Virus record (IMG/VR): IMGVR_UViG_3300032285_002244
Span: 6,777 to 70,776 of that record
DNA: 64,000 bases
Direction: 5' to 3' (one strand)
Origin: a virus
Below, in pieces: positions 1 through 9,624 of the stretch. Both the position numbers and the translations under genes were made by a program. Under the pieces are notes generated by a model, which searched no databases, was not told the origin of the DNA, and saw nothing but the letters and a program-made list of their open reading frames with translations. Every line of letters begins with the position of its first letter. Within the stretch, counting starts at the first letter, position 1.

Positions 1-1692
1 TGCCTTGGTTACTAAAGATTCACGCATTGAAGCTTCGGCTTGTTTTTCCATATTAGCCATTTGCTCTTGTGCTGGGTCCTTAACGTTTTCGTCAGTTTGA
101 GGACCTTCAATTCCATCTCCCATTACATCGCCATCACCTAGCTCAGTTGGCTGCATTGGGATAGCAGAGTTGCCATCTGGTCCTGGCATCATGCCAGTCA
201 TATCCATAATAGCTTTTTGAATTTGAATCTTAACAAGTTGTAGAGCGCCGTCTGCAGTTGCATCAGCGATAAGCTCTTGACGAATTTCGTCTAGCTTTTC
301 TTCTGGGAATTCCTCGCCCAGCGTACGCAGGGCTCCTTCCTTGGACTCTAGGCCCATACCCAATTTTGTTTGGATTTCATTAAGAACAATAAGTTTGTCT
401 AATGGAAGAGGAGGTGGGAACTGTACATAATTTTGGTATGTGATTGGGTCGTTAGGGTCTAAACGGTCTAACTGACCATCTTTAATAGGACCATCTACAT
501 CTGGATTGTAAATAAAGGTTTCGGGTTCTTTTACTGCAAGAGTACGAATTGCAATCTCGTTTATCTTCTCTAAACCTTTACCGTATTGCGCTACCTTTTG
601 TGAATAGCGATTCATTAATGGTTGATACTGAATAGAGAGTGCAACACCTGAAGTGTTAGAAATAGGTTGAACTTGTCCCAGTGCGGTTTCTGGAATGTTC
701 ATGATTTCATGCATTGAGCGCTTTAGTAGTTCTAGGTACTTCAGGGCTCCGTCAATACCTGATGCACCACCTTCAAGGTTGAAGACTTGAGCATCTTTTG
801 GAAGACCGCCCCAAACCTTCTTAGCGCCTTTTTCTAGGTTAGAGGCTTTAGCACCCACGATTACCGTTACTGGTGATGCGTGGTAATTAATGATGTCAGC
901 AACATCAGTGCTAATTTCGTTATATGCGCGGTTGATAGTGATGATGTCGTGTGCGTCTGCGAGACCCCACGGTGAACCTGAAACAGGAACGTTAGGAATA
1001 TGAACTACAGGAACAATACCCAATGGATTAGGGCGTGAGTCAATTAGCTCATCATTGATATACTCTTCAATCATGTCGTCAGTAAGGATTTCAGTGTAAG
1101 TAAACACTTGGCGTGTTCCTTCTAATGAAGTTCCCCAGAAACGATACTTTTGTTTAAAACGTAATAAACGTGTGCGGTCATGTGGGTGGAATTCAGGAAA
1201 ACAGAATGATGAGTTAAGAGGAAGAATACGAACACGACCTGGGTGTGTTAATCCAGTGGTATCTGTCCAAGCTTCTTCATAAGCAATCTTTACAAATACG
1301 TCGCCAGTAATTCCGCCTTGTTGTCCCATTTCAAGAAGGACACGCATCTTGTCGTTGTCAATTTCCCAAATGCGCTCTAAACGGTCAGGGATAATAGCTT
1401 CAGTTGCTTTTGGAGAACGGAAGTGAACTCCACGACCAAATGTAAAACGTGAAAGATAATCGTTAAATGCGCGGTAGTAGTTAACCGCAATTTGCATTTC
1501 GCCTTGTTCACGGCGATAACCCCAGTGATGACCAAGGTACATTGCCCAGTTTAATGAATAACGGTTTAGGCGAGGACCGTGTACTTCAAATTCTTCATCT
1601 GCAAGTTCTACTAATCCCAATGGGGAAATAGAAATAGTTAAGTCAGATGATGCCGCTCTATATGACGGCGGACTAAAGTCCAGAAATGACAT
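1..1692 (-). CDS. Phage portal protein (3' end runs off the window)
   Basis: Not in ORF track; ATG at 1692 overlaps the upstream stop (TAATG); reads MSFLDFSPPSYRAASSDLTISISPLGLVELADEEFEVHGPRLNRYSLNWAMYLGHHW...; long frame just downstream of terL, SPP1 gp6-like size and position. Confidence 0.8.
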   Translation of the reverse strand, partial: MSFLDFSPPSYRAASSDLTISISPLGLVELADEEFEVHGPRLNRYSLNWAMYLGHHWGYRREQGEMQIAVNYYRAFNDYLSRFTFGRGVHFRSPKATEAIIPDRLERIWEIDNDKMRVLLEMGQQGGITGDVFVKIAYEEAWTDTTGLTHPGRVRILPLNSSFCFPEFHPHDRTRLLRFKQKYRFWGTSLEGTRQVFTYTEILTDDMIEEYINDELIDSRPNPLGIVPVVHIPNVPVSGSPWGLADAHDIITINRAYNEISTDVADIINYHASPVTVIVGAKASNLEKGAKKVWGGLPKDAQVFNLEGGASGIDGALKYLELLKRSMHEIMNIPETALGQVQPISNTSGVALSIQYQPLMNRYSQKVAQYGKGLEKINEIAIRTLAVKEPETFIYNPDVDGPIKDGQLDRLDPNDPITYQNYVQFPPPLPLDKLIVLNEIQTKLGMGLESKEGALRTLGEEFPEEKLDEIRQELIADATADGALQLVKIQIQKAIMDMTGMMPGPDGNSAIPMQPTELGDGDVMGDGIEGPQTDENVKDPAQEQMANMEKQAEASMRESLVTKA

Positions 1693-1955
1693 TACTTCTT
1701 GCCTTTATCCTTTTTGGAAGATTTTGTATCTTCCTTCTTTTCTTCTATATGTTTTTTCTTTTTAGCTTCAAATTTCTTTTTTTCAATTCCTCGTTTGCGG
1801 TCTACTTCAGTAGTTTCAATAAACTTTCCACCGCTCTCTACATAACGCTTATGCACCCAGTGACTAGCACCTGGGTTTGGGTAAGTAGAATATTTGGCTT
1901 TAGCCTGTGCAACAATCATGTTGTACAACTTAATATTAGCTGGCTTACTTGCCAT
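1692..1955 (-). CDS. Small Lys-rich hypothetical protein
   Basis: ATG at 1955 (MASKPANIKLY) preceded by GGAG; coupled to portal. Confidence 0.7.
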   Translation of the reverse strand: MASKPANIKLYNMIVAQAKAKYSTYPNPGASHWVHKRYVESGGKFIETTEVDRKRGIEKKKFEAKKKKHIEEKKEDTKSSKKDKGKK

Positions 1956-2026
1956 GTTTATCTCCTCCGAAATATAAGCCGATAGCCCCCACACTAATGT
2001 GAGGGCGTATCGGTGTCTGTACTAAC

Positions 2027-2422
2027 TTAGTCGTTTACTACAGTTGCAGATTGACGTTGTGTACGTCCACCTGAACGAGCGACTGTCTCAATCTTTGCTG
2101 CTGAGTTATCGCCGTATGTTCCGTGAGCGAATTCGCCTAGGAATGTTGGGGCTTCTACCCATGCTGCTGAACCAACGTGAGCACGCTCTGAGAGAGTTTC
2201 CTCTGCAGGCTTTTGCCACACTGGTGCATTACGATTTGGACGACCAGGTGCAGTTGCTGCTCCTGACATCATTCCTTTTTGGAAATCGTTTGGCACGTCT
2301 GTGTCAGTTGCGATTCCTTCTTCAAAGCGAAGTGGACCACGGCGTGTTACGTTGTCAGCGCCTTTGCGCTCGTAAACTTGTGGTGCACGCTCTGGGAATT
2401 GAGGTGCTGGTGAGATTGTCAT
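2027..2422 (-). CDS. Hypothetical protein between terL and portal
   Basis: 131-aa ORF with AAGGAG RBS. Confidence 0.7.
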   Translation of the reverse strand: MTISPAPQFPERAPQVYERKGADNVTRRGPLRFEEGIATDTDVPNDFQKGMMSGAATAPGRPNRNAPVWQKPAEETLSERAHVGSAAWVEAPTFLGEFAHGTYGDNSAAKIETVARSGGRTQRQSATVVND

Positions 2423-2499
2423 TCTTACTCCTTAAGGATGTATTGGAAGGCCATTCCAGGTAATAGTTTCCTACCTTTTGGCCTTCTTGTGTTGTTCAA

Positions 2500-4083
2500 C
2501 TAGAAAAAAGGATTACTGGAAGCTACTACTTCTGGCATGACCAAATCCTGGGTTAAAGAACAAGCTATAGACAAGGAGTCCACAAAGTCGTCATGAGCAT
2601 AGGTTTCATCAGGGGCAGCTACTAAAAAGTTAGGTCCTTTGAAGGTAACTTCGGCATCCACCATTTGTTGAAAAAACCTTTTCCAAGTACGCAATCTGCG
2701 TGTTTTTGCATGTGCAGGCCAAGAAATCATTTCTCTTTGTATCAGCGCTTGTAGATGTTTCCATCTCTTTGACTGTTCACTTGGGCTAGAAGTTAATGGC
2801 ATAACCTCTGCTCTAGGTAATAGAAGTTTTAATCTTTGGGCGACAGCATCACCAACACCATTAGCATCAACGCCCACAGCAAGTACATCATAGTTCTCCA
2901 AAAAGTTTACTATTTGAAAGTACTGTTCTTCCCAGTCATCGCCTTGCATCTCTAACCAGTTTAATACACGGTGGTCAAAATAACCGAACTCGTCTGGCCT
3001 ATCCCAGTCAACCCATACAACCGTAACAACAGTTGAGTCAGTTTTTCGTGCTGGGTCAATACCCACTACTACTGGTGTCTTATGCCAAGACTTAACCATC
3101 TCTTGAGATGTATCTCCAAGTTTTTCCATTACAGAAGAAGTAACAAACATTCCGCGCTCAAGTAACCATTTGCAGTTGTATGACATTTGGAATTCGTCAG
3201 AATCTTCACCAATACGAAGCATTTCTTTTCGTACGAACTTTTCGTAGTTAGAATTAAACTTAGATACTTCTTTCCAATCCCATTGGAAATGGTTTTGTCT
3301 ATTACCTTTAGTAGTTTGTTTACGTCTGTTTAACTGAATTGCACGATAGAAGTTGTTCTTACTAGTTGTAGGAGTTCCAGTCTTAACCATTGTTCCTGCG
3401 TAGTATGCAAGCATAGGAGCAATAGATTTTGATACAACAAAGTCATCTGCTTCTTGACATTCATCGATAACAATCAAATGGAAAGACTTAGATTCAATCT
3501 TTGCGCGAGGGTTTGCTGTCATCATCGTAATAGTAGAACCAGAGTTCTTTAATTTAATTTGGCGTGTAACTCCACCAACACGTGCAGTAACATCATCAAT
3601 TTCTGGGTCTCCCATAATCTCAAGAGCACGTTCTGAAGTTAAGCGGGTTACAGCACGACCAAATAGTGTTTCTGCCTGTCCCTCTGTAGGAGCAAACAAC
3701 CCAACCCATAAGCCATCTTTAAATTTTCCAAGCAAATCTGGGTACAGCTTTGCAAGGCGTGGAAGCAAAACCATTAAGGTAGCTACTGTATCTGCAACTG
3801 TTTCTGACTTGCCTGACTGACGAGAAGCAAGAGCTGTAATTTCTTCACCATCGTTGATGATTACAGATTCAATTATTCTTCTCGCTAAAGGTTTTTGGTA
3901 TGGGTGCAAATCATGACCAACAAGAACTTTTAGAAAATCCATTATCTTGTCGATTAGTTTGTTTACAAACTCCTGAGATAGTTCATCTAGTTGCTCGTCA
4001 ACCTGTTCTTCTACAGGTTGTTCTTCCTGAAGATAAAATTCAGGACTTATCTCTTCAAATTTGTCTTCGTTAAAGTTTTCCAT
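2500..4083 (-). CDS. terL: Terminase large subunit
   Basis: Walker A ASRQSGKS, Walker B IVIDE, coupling motif TGTP, nuclease VGIDPA and HDDFVDS. Confidence 0.93.
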   Translation of the reverse strand: MENFNEDKFEEISPEFYLQEEQPVEEQVDEQLDELSQEFVNKLIDKIMDFLKVLVGHDLHPYQKPLARRIIESVIINDGEEITALASRQSGKSETVADTVATLMVLLPRLAKLYPDLLGKFKDGLWVGLFAPTEGQAETLFGRAVTRLTSERALEIMGDPEIDDVTARVGGVTRQIKLKNSGSTITMMTANPRAKIESKSFHLIVIDECQEADDFVVSKSIAPMLAYYAGTMVKTGTPTTSKNNFYRAIQLNRRKQTTKGNRQNHFQWDWKEVSKFNSNYEKFVRKEMLRIGEDSDEFQMSYNCKWLLERGMFVTSSVMEKLGDTSQEMVKSWHKTPVVVGIDPARKTDSTVVTVVWVDWDRPDEFGYFDHRVLNWLEMQGDDWEEQYFQIVNFLENYDVLAVGVDANGVGDAVAQRLKLLLPRAEVMPLTSSPSEQSKRWKHLQALIQREMISWPAHAKTRRLRTWKRFFQQMVDAEVTFKGPNFLVAAPDETYAHDDFVDSLSIACSLTQDLVMPEVVASSNPFF

Positions 4084-4158
4084 AATTACCTAACAATAGC
4101 GAAGACCCACCTAATTGGTGGGTCAACGCCAGACCTGTAGAGAGGTGAAGCATAAAAA

Positions 4159-4401
4159 TCATATCACAGACGATGAACGTTTTTTTAACTCTTTTGCAAT
4201 TGCAAAAAAAGCTTCAGAACCTAACAAAACCTCTTCTAAATCTGCATCACTCTGAAGTTTTTGCCATGCTGTCAGATGTTTGCCAATCGTGTACATCGAT
4301 TGCTCCATCCATGAAATTAAATCTGGAGTAGAGATTGTTGCTACTCGCTTCTCTATTCGAGTCTGAGGCTGGTGTCCAACCTGCTTCTTCCGTAAAATCA
4401 T
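4159..4401 (-). CDS. Hypothetical protein
   Basis: 80-aa ORF overlapping the 3' part of 4247..4642. Confidence 0.45.
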   Translation of the reverse strand: MILRKKQVGHQPQTRIEKRVATISTPDLISWMEQSMYTIGKHLTAWQKLQSDADLEEVLLGSEAFFAIAKELKKRSSSVI

Positions 4402-4642
4402 CGTATGTTACTTCCCGTGTCTCTAGTGCGCCTTGTAATGCTTCTTCTTCTTGTCTTAATCCAGTCCATCGACCAAATACTAACGCTTTAAATTTTGGCA
4501 ATCGTACTATAAAAGGATTAGAGGTTCTAAATGGTTCTTCTATTTCTTGCGTCCAACCACGGACAATAAACTTTTTTTCCCAGTTATAAGGAAATTTAGT
4601 TACTTGTACGAATACTGGTCCGATGTTATGCACCTTGGGCAT
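4247..4642 (-). CDS. Hypothetical protein
   Basis: ORF with GAGG RBS in the minus-strand operon. Confidence 0.55.
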   Translation of the reverse strand: MPKVHNIGPVFVQVTKFPYNWEKKFIVRGWTQEIEEPFRTSNPFIVRLPKFKALVFGRWTGLRQEEEALQGALETREVTYDDFTEEAGWTPASDSNREASSNNLYSRFNFMDGAIDVHDWQTSDSMAKTSE

Positions 4643-4645
4643 TTA

Positions 4646-5362
4646 CTACCTCTTTTTTTGTTTGTTGTTTTGTCCCATAGTTTTGTATTTAGTACTTGTT
4701 TGACCTTTTTCTTTTCCACCACGGTGAATTTGAGCGCTACGACTAAACATGTAGTATGCCTTTCTAGCAGCTTTAGAAGCGCTAGTGTCATTAGCAGGTC
4801 CACGAGGCTTGAAGTCAAGCATCCGATAAATAATAGCACCTTTAGAACGGTTTGCTTTAAACGCTTTCCATTCATTTTCACTTACTTCGTAATAGTTATA
4901 GAAAGTTCCATCACGGAATACTACGGTTAGTTTTTCTTCTTCAGCATCGTAACCTGCAGCTACCGTACGGGGACGAGCAGGATTAGTTGTAGATGTTGGA
5001 ATTAAAGTTAGTTCTGCTGGAGATGTGTCTTCATCACTTTGAGGACCAACCATTCCAGGAATAGTAGCTTTTGCTATTCCTTCTGTTACATCTTCAAATT
5101 GACGCGTGTAAGATGATGCAGGGTCTTGACCAGCTCTGTTTTCATAGTCATAACCAGATTCGTCAAAAAGAAAATAATCTAAAGATTGGCTTTTATCAGA
5201 CATGATGTCTGTAATGGCATTGTATTCTGCCTTAGAAGAAGCAACAGGTGCTCCTGTAAAACCTTTACCAAAAGTACTTGTTCCCAGAATGTTCATCAAC
5301 TCCTGAGAAGACGGCAAAACCGCCCGTTTACTACGGGCGGTTCCACCTGTTGGTCTTACCAT
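4646..5362 (-). CDS. KTSC-domain protein
   Basis: AAGYDAEEEKLTVVFRDGTFYNYYEVSENEWKAFKANRSKG matches the KTSC pattern. Confidence 0.75.
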   Translation of the reverse strand: MVRPTGGTARSKRAVLPSSQELMNILGTSTFGKGFTGAPVASSKAEYNAITDIMSDKSQSLDYFLFDESGYDYENRAGQDPASSYTRQFEDVTEGIAKATIPGMVGPQSDEDTSPAELTLIPTSTTNPARPRTVAAGYDAEEEKLTVVFRDGTFYNYYEVSENEWKAFKANRSKGAIIYRMLDFKPRGPANDTSASKAARKAYYMFSRSAQIHRGGKEKGQTSTKYKTMGQNNKQKKR

Positions 5363-5369
5363 TTCTTAA

Positions 5370-6068
5370 TTAGTCTCCGAAGTAACGGACGTGGACTCCT
5401 GTGTATTCATCCACAATCATTCCTGGTGAGTAATTGTCACGCTGCATTGTGATTACGTTTACAAGGTTATTACCTGCGTACACTGTTCCATCTGCTGATG
5501 TGTTGAAATCAAGTGCTGGGTCAAATGCTTCAGAAACCTTAATTTCAAACCAACTAGCGCTTCCGTCGTTGTTGATTGCTGTGACCTTAGAGTTGTTAGG
5601 AAGTGAAAGAGGGTCTCCATCGTAGTTAACAGAGAGGTTCACTTCATCACCTTCACGAAGACCGATAAGGCCTGCGTTTGAGTAGCCTCCACCCCAGTTG
5701 TTGAACTGTGTGTCGTAAGCATAAACACGAACAGTTGTACCTGTTGATTCAATGTGTTGGATGCTTAGGTTGTGAGCAACTGAGAACAAGTCAAGATTTA
5801 CTGCGTCAACTGCAGCGCTTGCTTGTGCAAGTGTCTTACGTACAAGGTTAGGAATTACTGCTTCAAGTCCTGAGTCTTCATCGCCCCAGTAGTTAGGGAT
5901 AAATCCTGGGAAGTTAGAGTATCCAGTTGTAGCAATGATATGGTTATCAAGTGCTGGGTCAAGTGTTGCGCTTTGGCCTTCGCCACCGCGGTCGTCATCT
6001 GGTTGCATCGGTAGGTTTCCCCACACGAAGTCAACAACAACGTTTCCGCTATCGTCACGATGTGTCAT
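5370..6068 (-). CDS. DFxWGNxPMQP-family protein (paralog 1), PASTA-like segment
   Basis: VDFVWGNLPMQPDDDRG...LDNHIIATTGY..FP followed by VIPNLVRKTLAQA. Confidence 0.7.
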   Translation of the reverse strand: MTHRDDSGNVVVDFVWGNLPMQPDDDRGGEGQSATLDPALDNHIIATTGYSNFPGFIPNYWGDEDSGLEAVIPNLVRKTLAQASAAVDAVNLDLFSVAHNLSIQHIESTGTTVRVYAYDTQFNNWGGGYSNAGLIGLREGDEVNLSVNYDGDPLSLPNNSKVTAINNDGSASWFEIKVSEAFDPALDFNTSADGTVYAGNNLVNVITMQRDNYSPGMIVDEYTGVHVRYFGD

Positions 6069-6119
6069 TTTTTCTACTTTCTATAGATAGTTTGTACATC
6101 CCTTACGTCTAAGGGAATA

Positions 6120-6866
6120 TTAGTTCTTTGTCCAAGTTCCGCCTGTAGCAGTAGTGCTACCGCCAAATGAGCCAGAAACAAGGGTTAACTTAACAGAGGT
6201 TCCACCCGTGTTATAAGAGTTGTTATCTCCAACAGCGGCTACAACCCAAGGTACGTTAAATGCTGTAACGCCTGTTCCTGCAAGAGTAATTGTGTCTCCA
6301 ACAGTTGGCTTAACTGTGCGACCTATTACATACATGACTACTTGGTTACCATTTAAAGTGCCGCCGAGTTCGGCTTGCGCAGTTCTGTTAATTCCAGCAA
6401 TAGGGCCTGTTGTTGCTGGAGCAGGGGCTACGTAAGCATACTTAACAAGTGCTACAGAGGCGCCTGTGTTAACAACTGTTCCTGCTGCAGGAGTTTGAGT
6501 TTTAACTTTGCCATCATTAAGTGCAGTTGCACCAGCAGCATTGTTAGCGGTTGTAACCGCTCCCTTAACAAGACCTGCGTTTGTCAAAGCAGTCGTTGCA
6601 GCACTTTCAGTAAGAGCAACTACGTTTGGTACTACAGCGTTAGCAACAGTGTCGTCGTAAGGAGCGCCCTGAATAAATGATGGGAATCCTTCATAAGAAG
6701 TTGTTGCAATAATGTGGCTATCTAGAGCAGAGTCAAGAGTTGCTTCACCACGGTCATCATCAGGCTGCATCGGGATATTGCCCCAAGCAAAGTCAACACG
6801 GACCTGTTGGTCTATGTAAGAGTCTGTGAACGCATCGTAGCGTCCTGTGTCACGTGGATTGCTCAT
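6120..6866 (-). CDS. DFxWGNxPMQP-family protein (paralog 2) with PASTA domain
   Basis: Start MSNPRDTG at 6866; VDFAWGNIPMQPDDDRG...; VVPNVVALTESAATTALTNAGL...GKVKTQTPAAGTVV is a typical PASTA repeat. Confidence 0.75.
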   Translation of the reverse strand: MSNPRDTGRYDAFTDSYIDQQVRVDFAWGNIPMQPDDDRGEATLDSALDSHIIATTSYEGFPSFIQGAPYDDTVANAVVPNVVALTESAATTALTNAGLVKGAVTTANNAAGATALNDGKVKTQTPAAGTVVNTGASVALVKYAYVAPAPATTGPIAGINRTAQAELGGTLNGNQVVMYVIGRTVKPTVGDTITLAGTGVTAFNVPWVVAAVGDNNSYNTGGTSVKLTLVSGSFGGSTTATGGTWTKN

Positions 6867-7018
6867 TACTTCTTCTCCCAAGATGCTGCTGCTTGAGTGC
6901 GAGAAAGGTTAAATACCTTTATTTGTTTTTTGCACACATCGCATGAGTCAGGGATGTCTTTCCAGACATCAGTTGGTGATGGACGGTCTCCGCAATCACA
7001 TGAAAGTTGTAGTGCCAT
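6866..7018 (-). CDS. Small Cys-containing protein
   Basis: MALQLSCDCGDRP...CDVCKK; GAGG RBS; stop overlaps next start. Confidence 0.55.
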   Translation of the reverse strand: MALQLSCDCGDRPSPTDVWKDIPDSCDVCKKQIKVFNLSRTQAAASWEKK

Positions 7019-7030
7019 GATTATCCTCTC

Positions 7031-7795
7031 TTAATTCCACCACTGGAATGAATCTTTAGTTGGGTCTGTTGTATTAATTACTACAAATGAGTGCCAATAA
7101 GAAAAATAATTTGGCTCATATTCACCAACAGGAACTGCTTCTGATGGGTAAAAGTCTGTATCTAAAACCATTCCTTCTGACTCTTTTGCAAGCCAAGGAC
7201 GACCATCCCAGTGTGTACCAATTTCATCGTTTGGTTCGTAGTAACGATAAAAGATTACTCCTGGGTTATCTGCACCTGGAGCATTGATTGGGTCGTAGTA
7301 AGTATCTGTTCCAGAGTCATAGCCAATGTACTTAAACTCATCTGGTGCATCAAACTCCATAGGTACAAGAAGTGCTGGGTTTACACCGCACTCTTTAAGT
7401 TGTTTAATTGCTTCTGCTTCAGAAACACCGACAATGTTTGGGTATTGATAAGCAGGAACAACATCCCACCAATCAACAGTTAATGCATATCCTAAATCAC
7501 CATCAGTACTAGCCTCTGGGTAATGCTTCCAATGACGCATTGCAATTACGTGGCTATCAAGTGCTTGAAGTTGATTTGAAATTCCTGGGATATTAGGACC
7601 CATAGTTGGAACGCCGTTAATGCTGCGAGCATAGGACGCATCCGCACCTACGTAATACTCCGCCATTCCATCGCCTGGGTATGGTGACATGCTCCAACGA
7701 GCATAGTCGCCTGCTCCATCGCCATGGTTTGGTTGCATTGGCATATTGCCCCATGCAAAATCAATACGGGCGTTACCGTTATCGTCAACTGCCAT
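7031..7795 (-). CDS. DFxWGNxPMQP-family protein (paralog 3), PASTA-like segment
   Basis: IDFAWGNMPMQP...LDSHVIA...YPNIVGVSEAEAIKQLKECG. Confidence 0.7.
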   Translation of the reverse strand: MAVDDNGNARIDFAWGNMPMQPNHGDGAGDYARWSMSPYPGDGMAEYYVGADASYARSINGVPTMGPNIPGISNQLQALDSHVIAMRHWKHYPEASTDGDLGYALTVDWWDVVPAYQYPNIVGVSEAEAIKQLKECGVNPALLVPMEFDAPDEFKYIGYDSGTDTYYDPINAPGADNPGVIFYRYYEPNDEIGTHWDGRPWLAKESEGMVLDTDFYPSEAVPVGEYEPNYFSYWHSFVVINTTDPTKDSFQWWN

Positions 7796-8029
7796 TTACT
7801 CTTCCTCACATTCGTGGGTGTCTAGTTCGTTCTCTAATAAAACTTCTTCGCAGTCTTTACATTTAAAGAAGCGAACATCATCTAGTCCCACGTGTAAGGA
7901 GTCCGAATGGTATTCATCAACAGTCATTTCTGGCTGTGCCAAAACTTCTGGAGGAAAAGGTCCTCTAGGGCTATGTACTACAGATGGTACAGCATGACCC
8001 TGTACTGCGAACTTGCGAATTAGAGGCAT
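7796..8029 (-). CDS. Small Zn-finger protein
   Basis: CKDC...HEC motif. Confidence 0.6.
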   Translation of the reverse strand: MPLIRKFAVQGHAVPSVVHSPRGPFPPEVLAQPEMTVDEYHSDSLHVGLDDVRFFKCKDCEEVLLENELDTHECEEE

Positions 8030-8031
8030 TT

Positions 8032-8322
8032 TTATTTAGCCGTCTTTTTAGTTGTTTTCTTCTTTACAGGCTTAGGGGCTATCTCTTGGACTTCTAGCTC
8101 TTCTGTAATTTCTGGTTCTTCTGCTACTTCAGGCACGTTAGAAAGTGCGCTTAGAGCAGACGCTTGGTCAATAGCATATTGTTCTGTGCGCTTTAATAAC
8201 CCAGCGCGTTTTCTTTCTTCTAGAAAACGTGGTAAATGTTTACCACAATAAAGTACAGACGTTTTCTGTGTGATTTCATACACATATGATGCTTCGTTAG
8301 TACAGTTTGAACAAGTACTCAT
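8032..8322 (-). CDS. Zn-finger protein with basic tail
   Basis: CSNC...CGKH. Confidence 0.6.
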   Translation of the reverse strand: MSTCSNCTNEASYVYEITQKTSVLYCGKHLPRFLEERKRAGLLKRTEQYAIDQASALSALSNVPEVAEEPEITEELEVQEIAPKPVKKKTTKKTAK

Positions 8323-8332
8323 TTATGCCCCA

Positions 8333-8845
8333 TTACTTTTTCTTTTTAGAAGAAGCTTTCTTTTTTGGTGTTAGAGGAACTTGTGGTGTGTCATGATATC
8401 CAGTTATTGTTCCTCGCTCATTGCGGTGTGCATACTTTTTAGGTTTTTCAGTAGGAACTACAGGAGCTACAGGAACAGGTTGTTGTTTTTCTTTAGGTTT
8501 TTCCTTTGTGTATGAAGCACTAACGCCATTTCCAAGGCTAACTTGAATTGGTGTTCCAGCTTCTGCCGAACCATGAAATGTTTTGTGAAGTTCAAGTGCT
8601 CTACCGTGACCAGCGTTAGCTGCTTCTTCTGAACGAGAGTGTGCACTCTCTGCTGCGATTTCTCCAAGCTCGTGCTGACGTTCTAAGTGACGCATTACGC
8701 CTTCATGATGTAGTTGGTTAAGAACCATAGCGTGGCGTAGGTGCATACCTCCAGCGCTGACTTTGCCTAGAGCATTAGATGCAGCAGCAAATGGATTGCC
8801 TGAAGTATTGTATTGGTCAAAACTCATAGGTACATCATCCCTCAT
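8333..8845 (-). CDS. His-rich hypothetical protein
   Basis: ORF in operon, Lys-rich C-terminus; start uncertain. Confidence 0.6.
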   Translation of the reverse strand: MRDDVPMSFDQYNTSGNPFAAASNALGKVSAGGMHLRHAMVLNQLHHEGVMRHLERQHELGEIAAESAHSRSEEAANAGHGRALELHKTFHGSAEAGTPIQVSLGNGVSASYTKEKPKEKQQPVPVAPVVPTEKPKKYAHRNERGTITGYHDTPQVPLTPKKKASSKKKK

Positions 8846-9197
8846 TTTCTAAAGTTTGAGGGTCTTTAGTTAAACAATTTTCTATGGAAATTAAACGTTC
8901 TCCCATTTCTACAAAAGCTTCCATAAGGATTCCTTGGTTCTTGTAGAGTTTGTCTACCTTATCTTTGGTAGTGCTTCCACCGTTGTTGCTAAGCTCCCCG
9001 TCTAGCTTATTAAGTCTCTCCATAACACCAGGAACACGGTCACGACCTGGTTCTTCCTCTTCGCCTTCCCAATCACGCATAAAGCGTTCCATCCAACTTG
9101 CCCAACGTTTTACCTTCTTTCTAAGAGGGTTTAGTAAAACTCCAAGGCTTATGAGAGCACCAGCGACAACGCCGATAGTTGTAAATAACATAGTCAC
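8835..9197 (-). CDS. Single-pass membrane protein (lysis-cassette type)
   Basis: N-terminal hydrophobic helix; GEEEEPGRDRVPGVMERL...LSNNGGST pattern typical of actinophage lysis-region genes. Confidence 0.6.
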   Translation of the reverse strand: MTMLFTTIGVVAGALISLGVLLNPLRKKVKRWASWMERFMRDWEGEEEEPGRDRVPGVMERLNKLDGELSNNGGSTTKDKVDKLYKNQGILMEAFVEMGERLISIENCLTKDPQTLENEG

Positions 9198-9214
9198 TGG
9201 TGCTACTCCTTATT

Positions 9215-9406
9215 TTACTTCTTGCCGAAACCGTATGATGGGTCTTTTGGATTTACGAACTTTGCTGCTGGGCCGATAAGACCTGCAATAAAAGCATTAA
9301 GCAGAGTCTTTGGGTCTGTGATACCGCTCATGTACATAGCGGCAACGGCAGCAGCCGAAGCGCGTAGCCATGTGGCTCCTGCAGACTTAAGTGTATTGAT
9401 ATCCAT
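9215..9406 (-). CDS. Putative holin
   Basis: 63 aa, two hydrophobic segments, C-terminal NPKDPSYG. Confidence 0.55.
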   Translation of the reverse strand: MDINTLKSAGATWLRASAAAVAAMYMSGITDPKTLLNAFIAGLIGPAAKFVNPKDPSYGFGKK

Positions 9407-9444
9407 ATTTCTCCTAACTAGTCGCCCTCAGAACTAATTGTTTA

Positions 9445-9624
9445 TTATTCTTTTGGGTTGCGCAGTCTAAGCGTAATAATCCACACAATAAAGGACGCTA
9501 AAGTTACTTTTCCAATAACGGTTTTAGCACTTCCTGTTAAGACTAACCATGCGGAAAAAAGACCAACAAAGGTCCAAATTTCGCTAAAGAAGTCTGCTGA
9601 GATATCTTTAAAGAATTGTTTCAT
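9445..9624 (-). CDS. Small two-TM membrane protein
   Basis: [59 protein letters not shown]; coupled to the upstream stop. Confidence 0.65.
   Translation of the reverse strand: MKQFFKDISADFFSEIWTFVGLFSAWLVLTGSAKTVIGKVTLASFIVWIITLRLRNPKE

Noticed and set aside
5370-7795. Diversity-generating retroelement acting on the paralog trio
   Set aside because: No reverse transcriptase in the window and no TR/VR pair differing only at adenines
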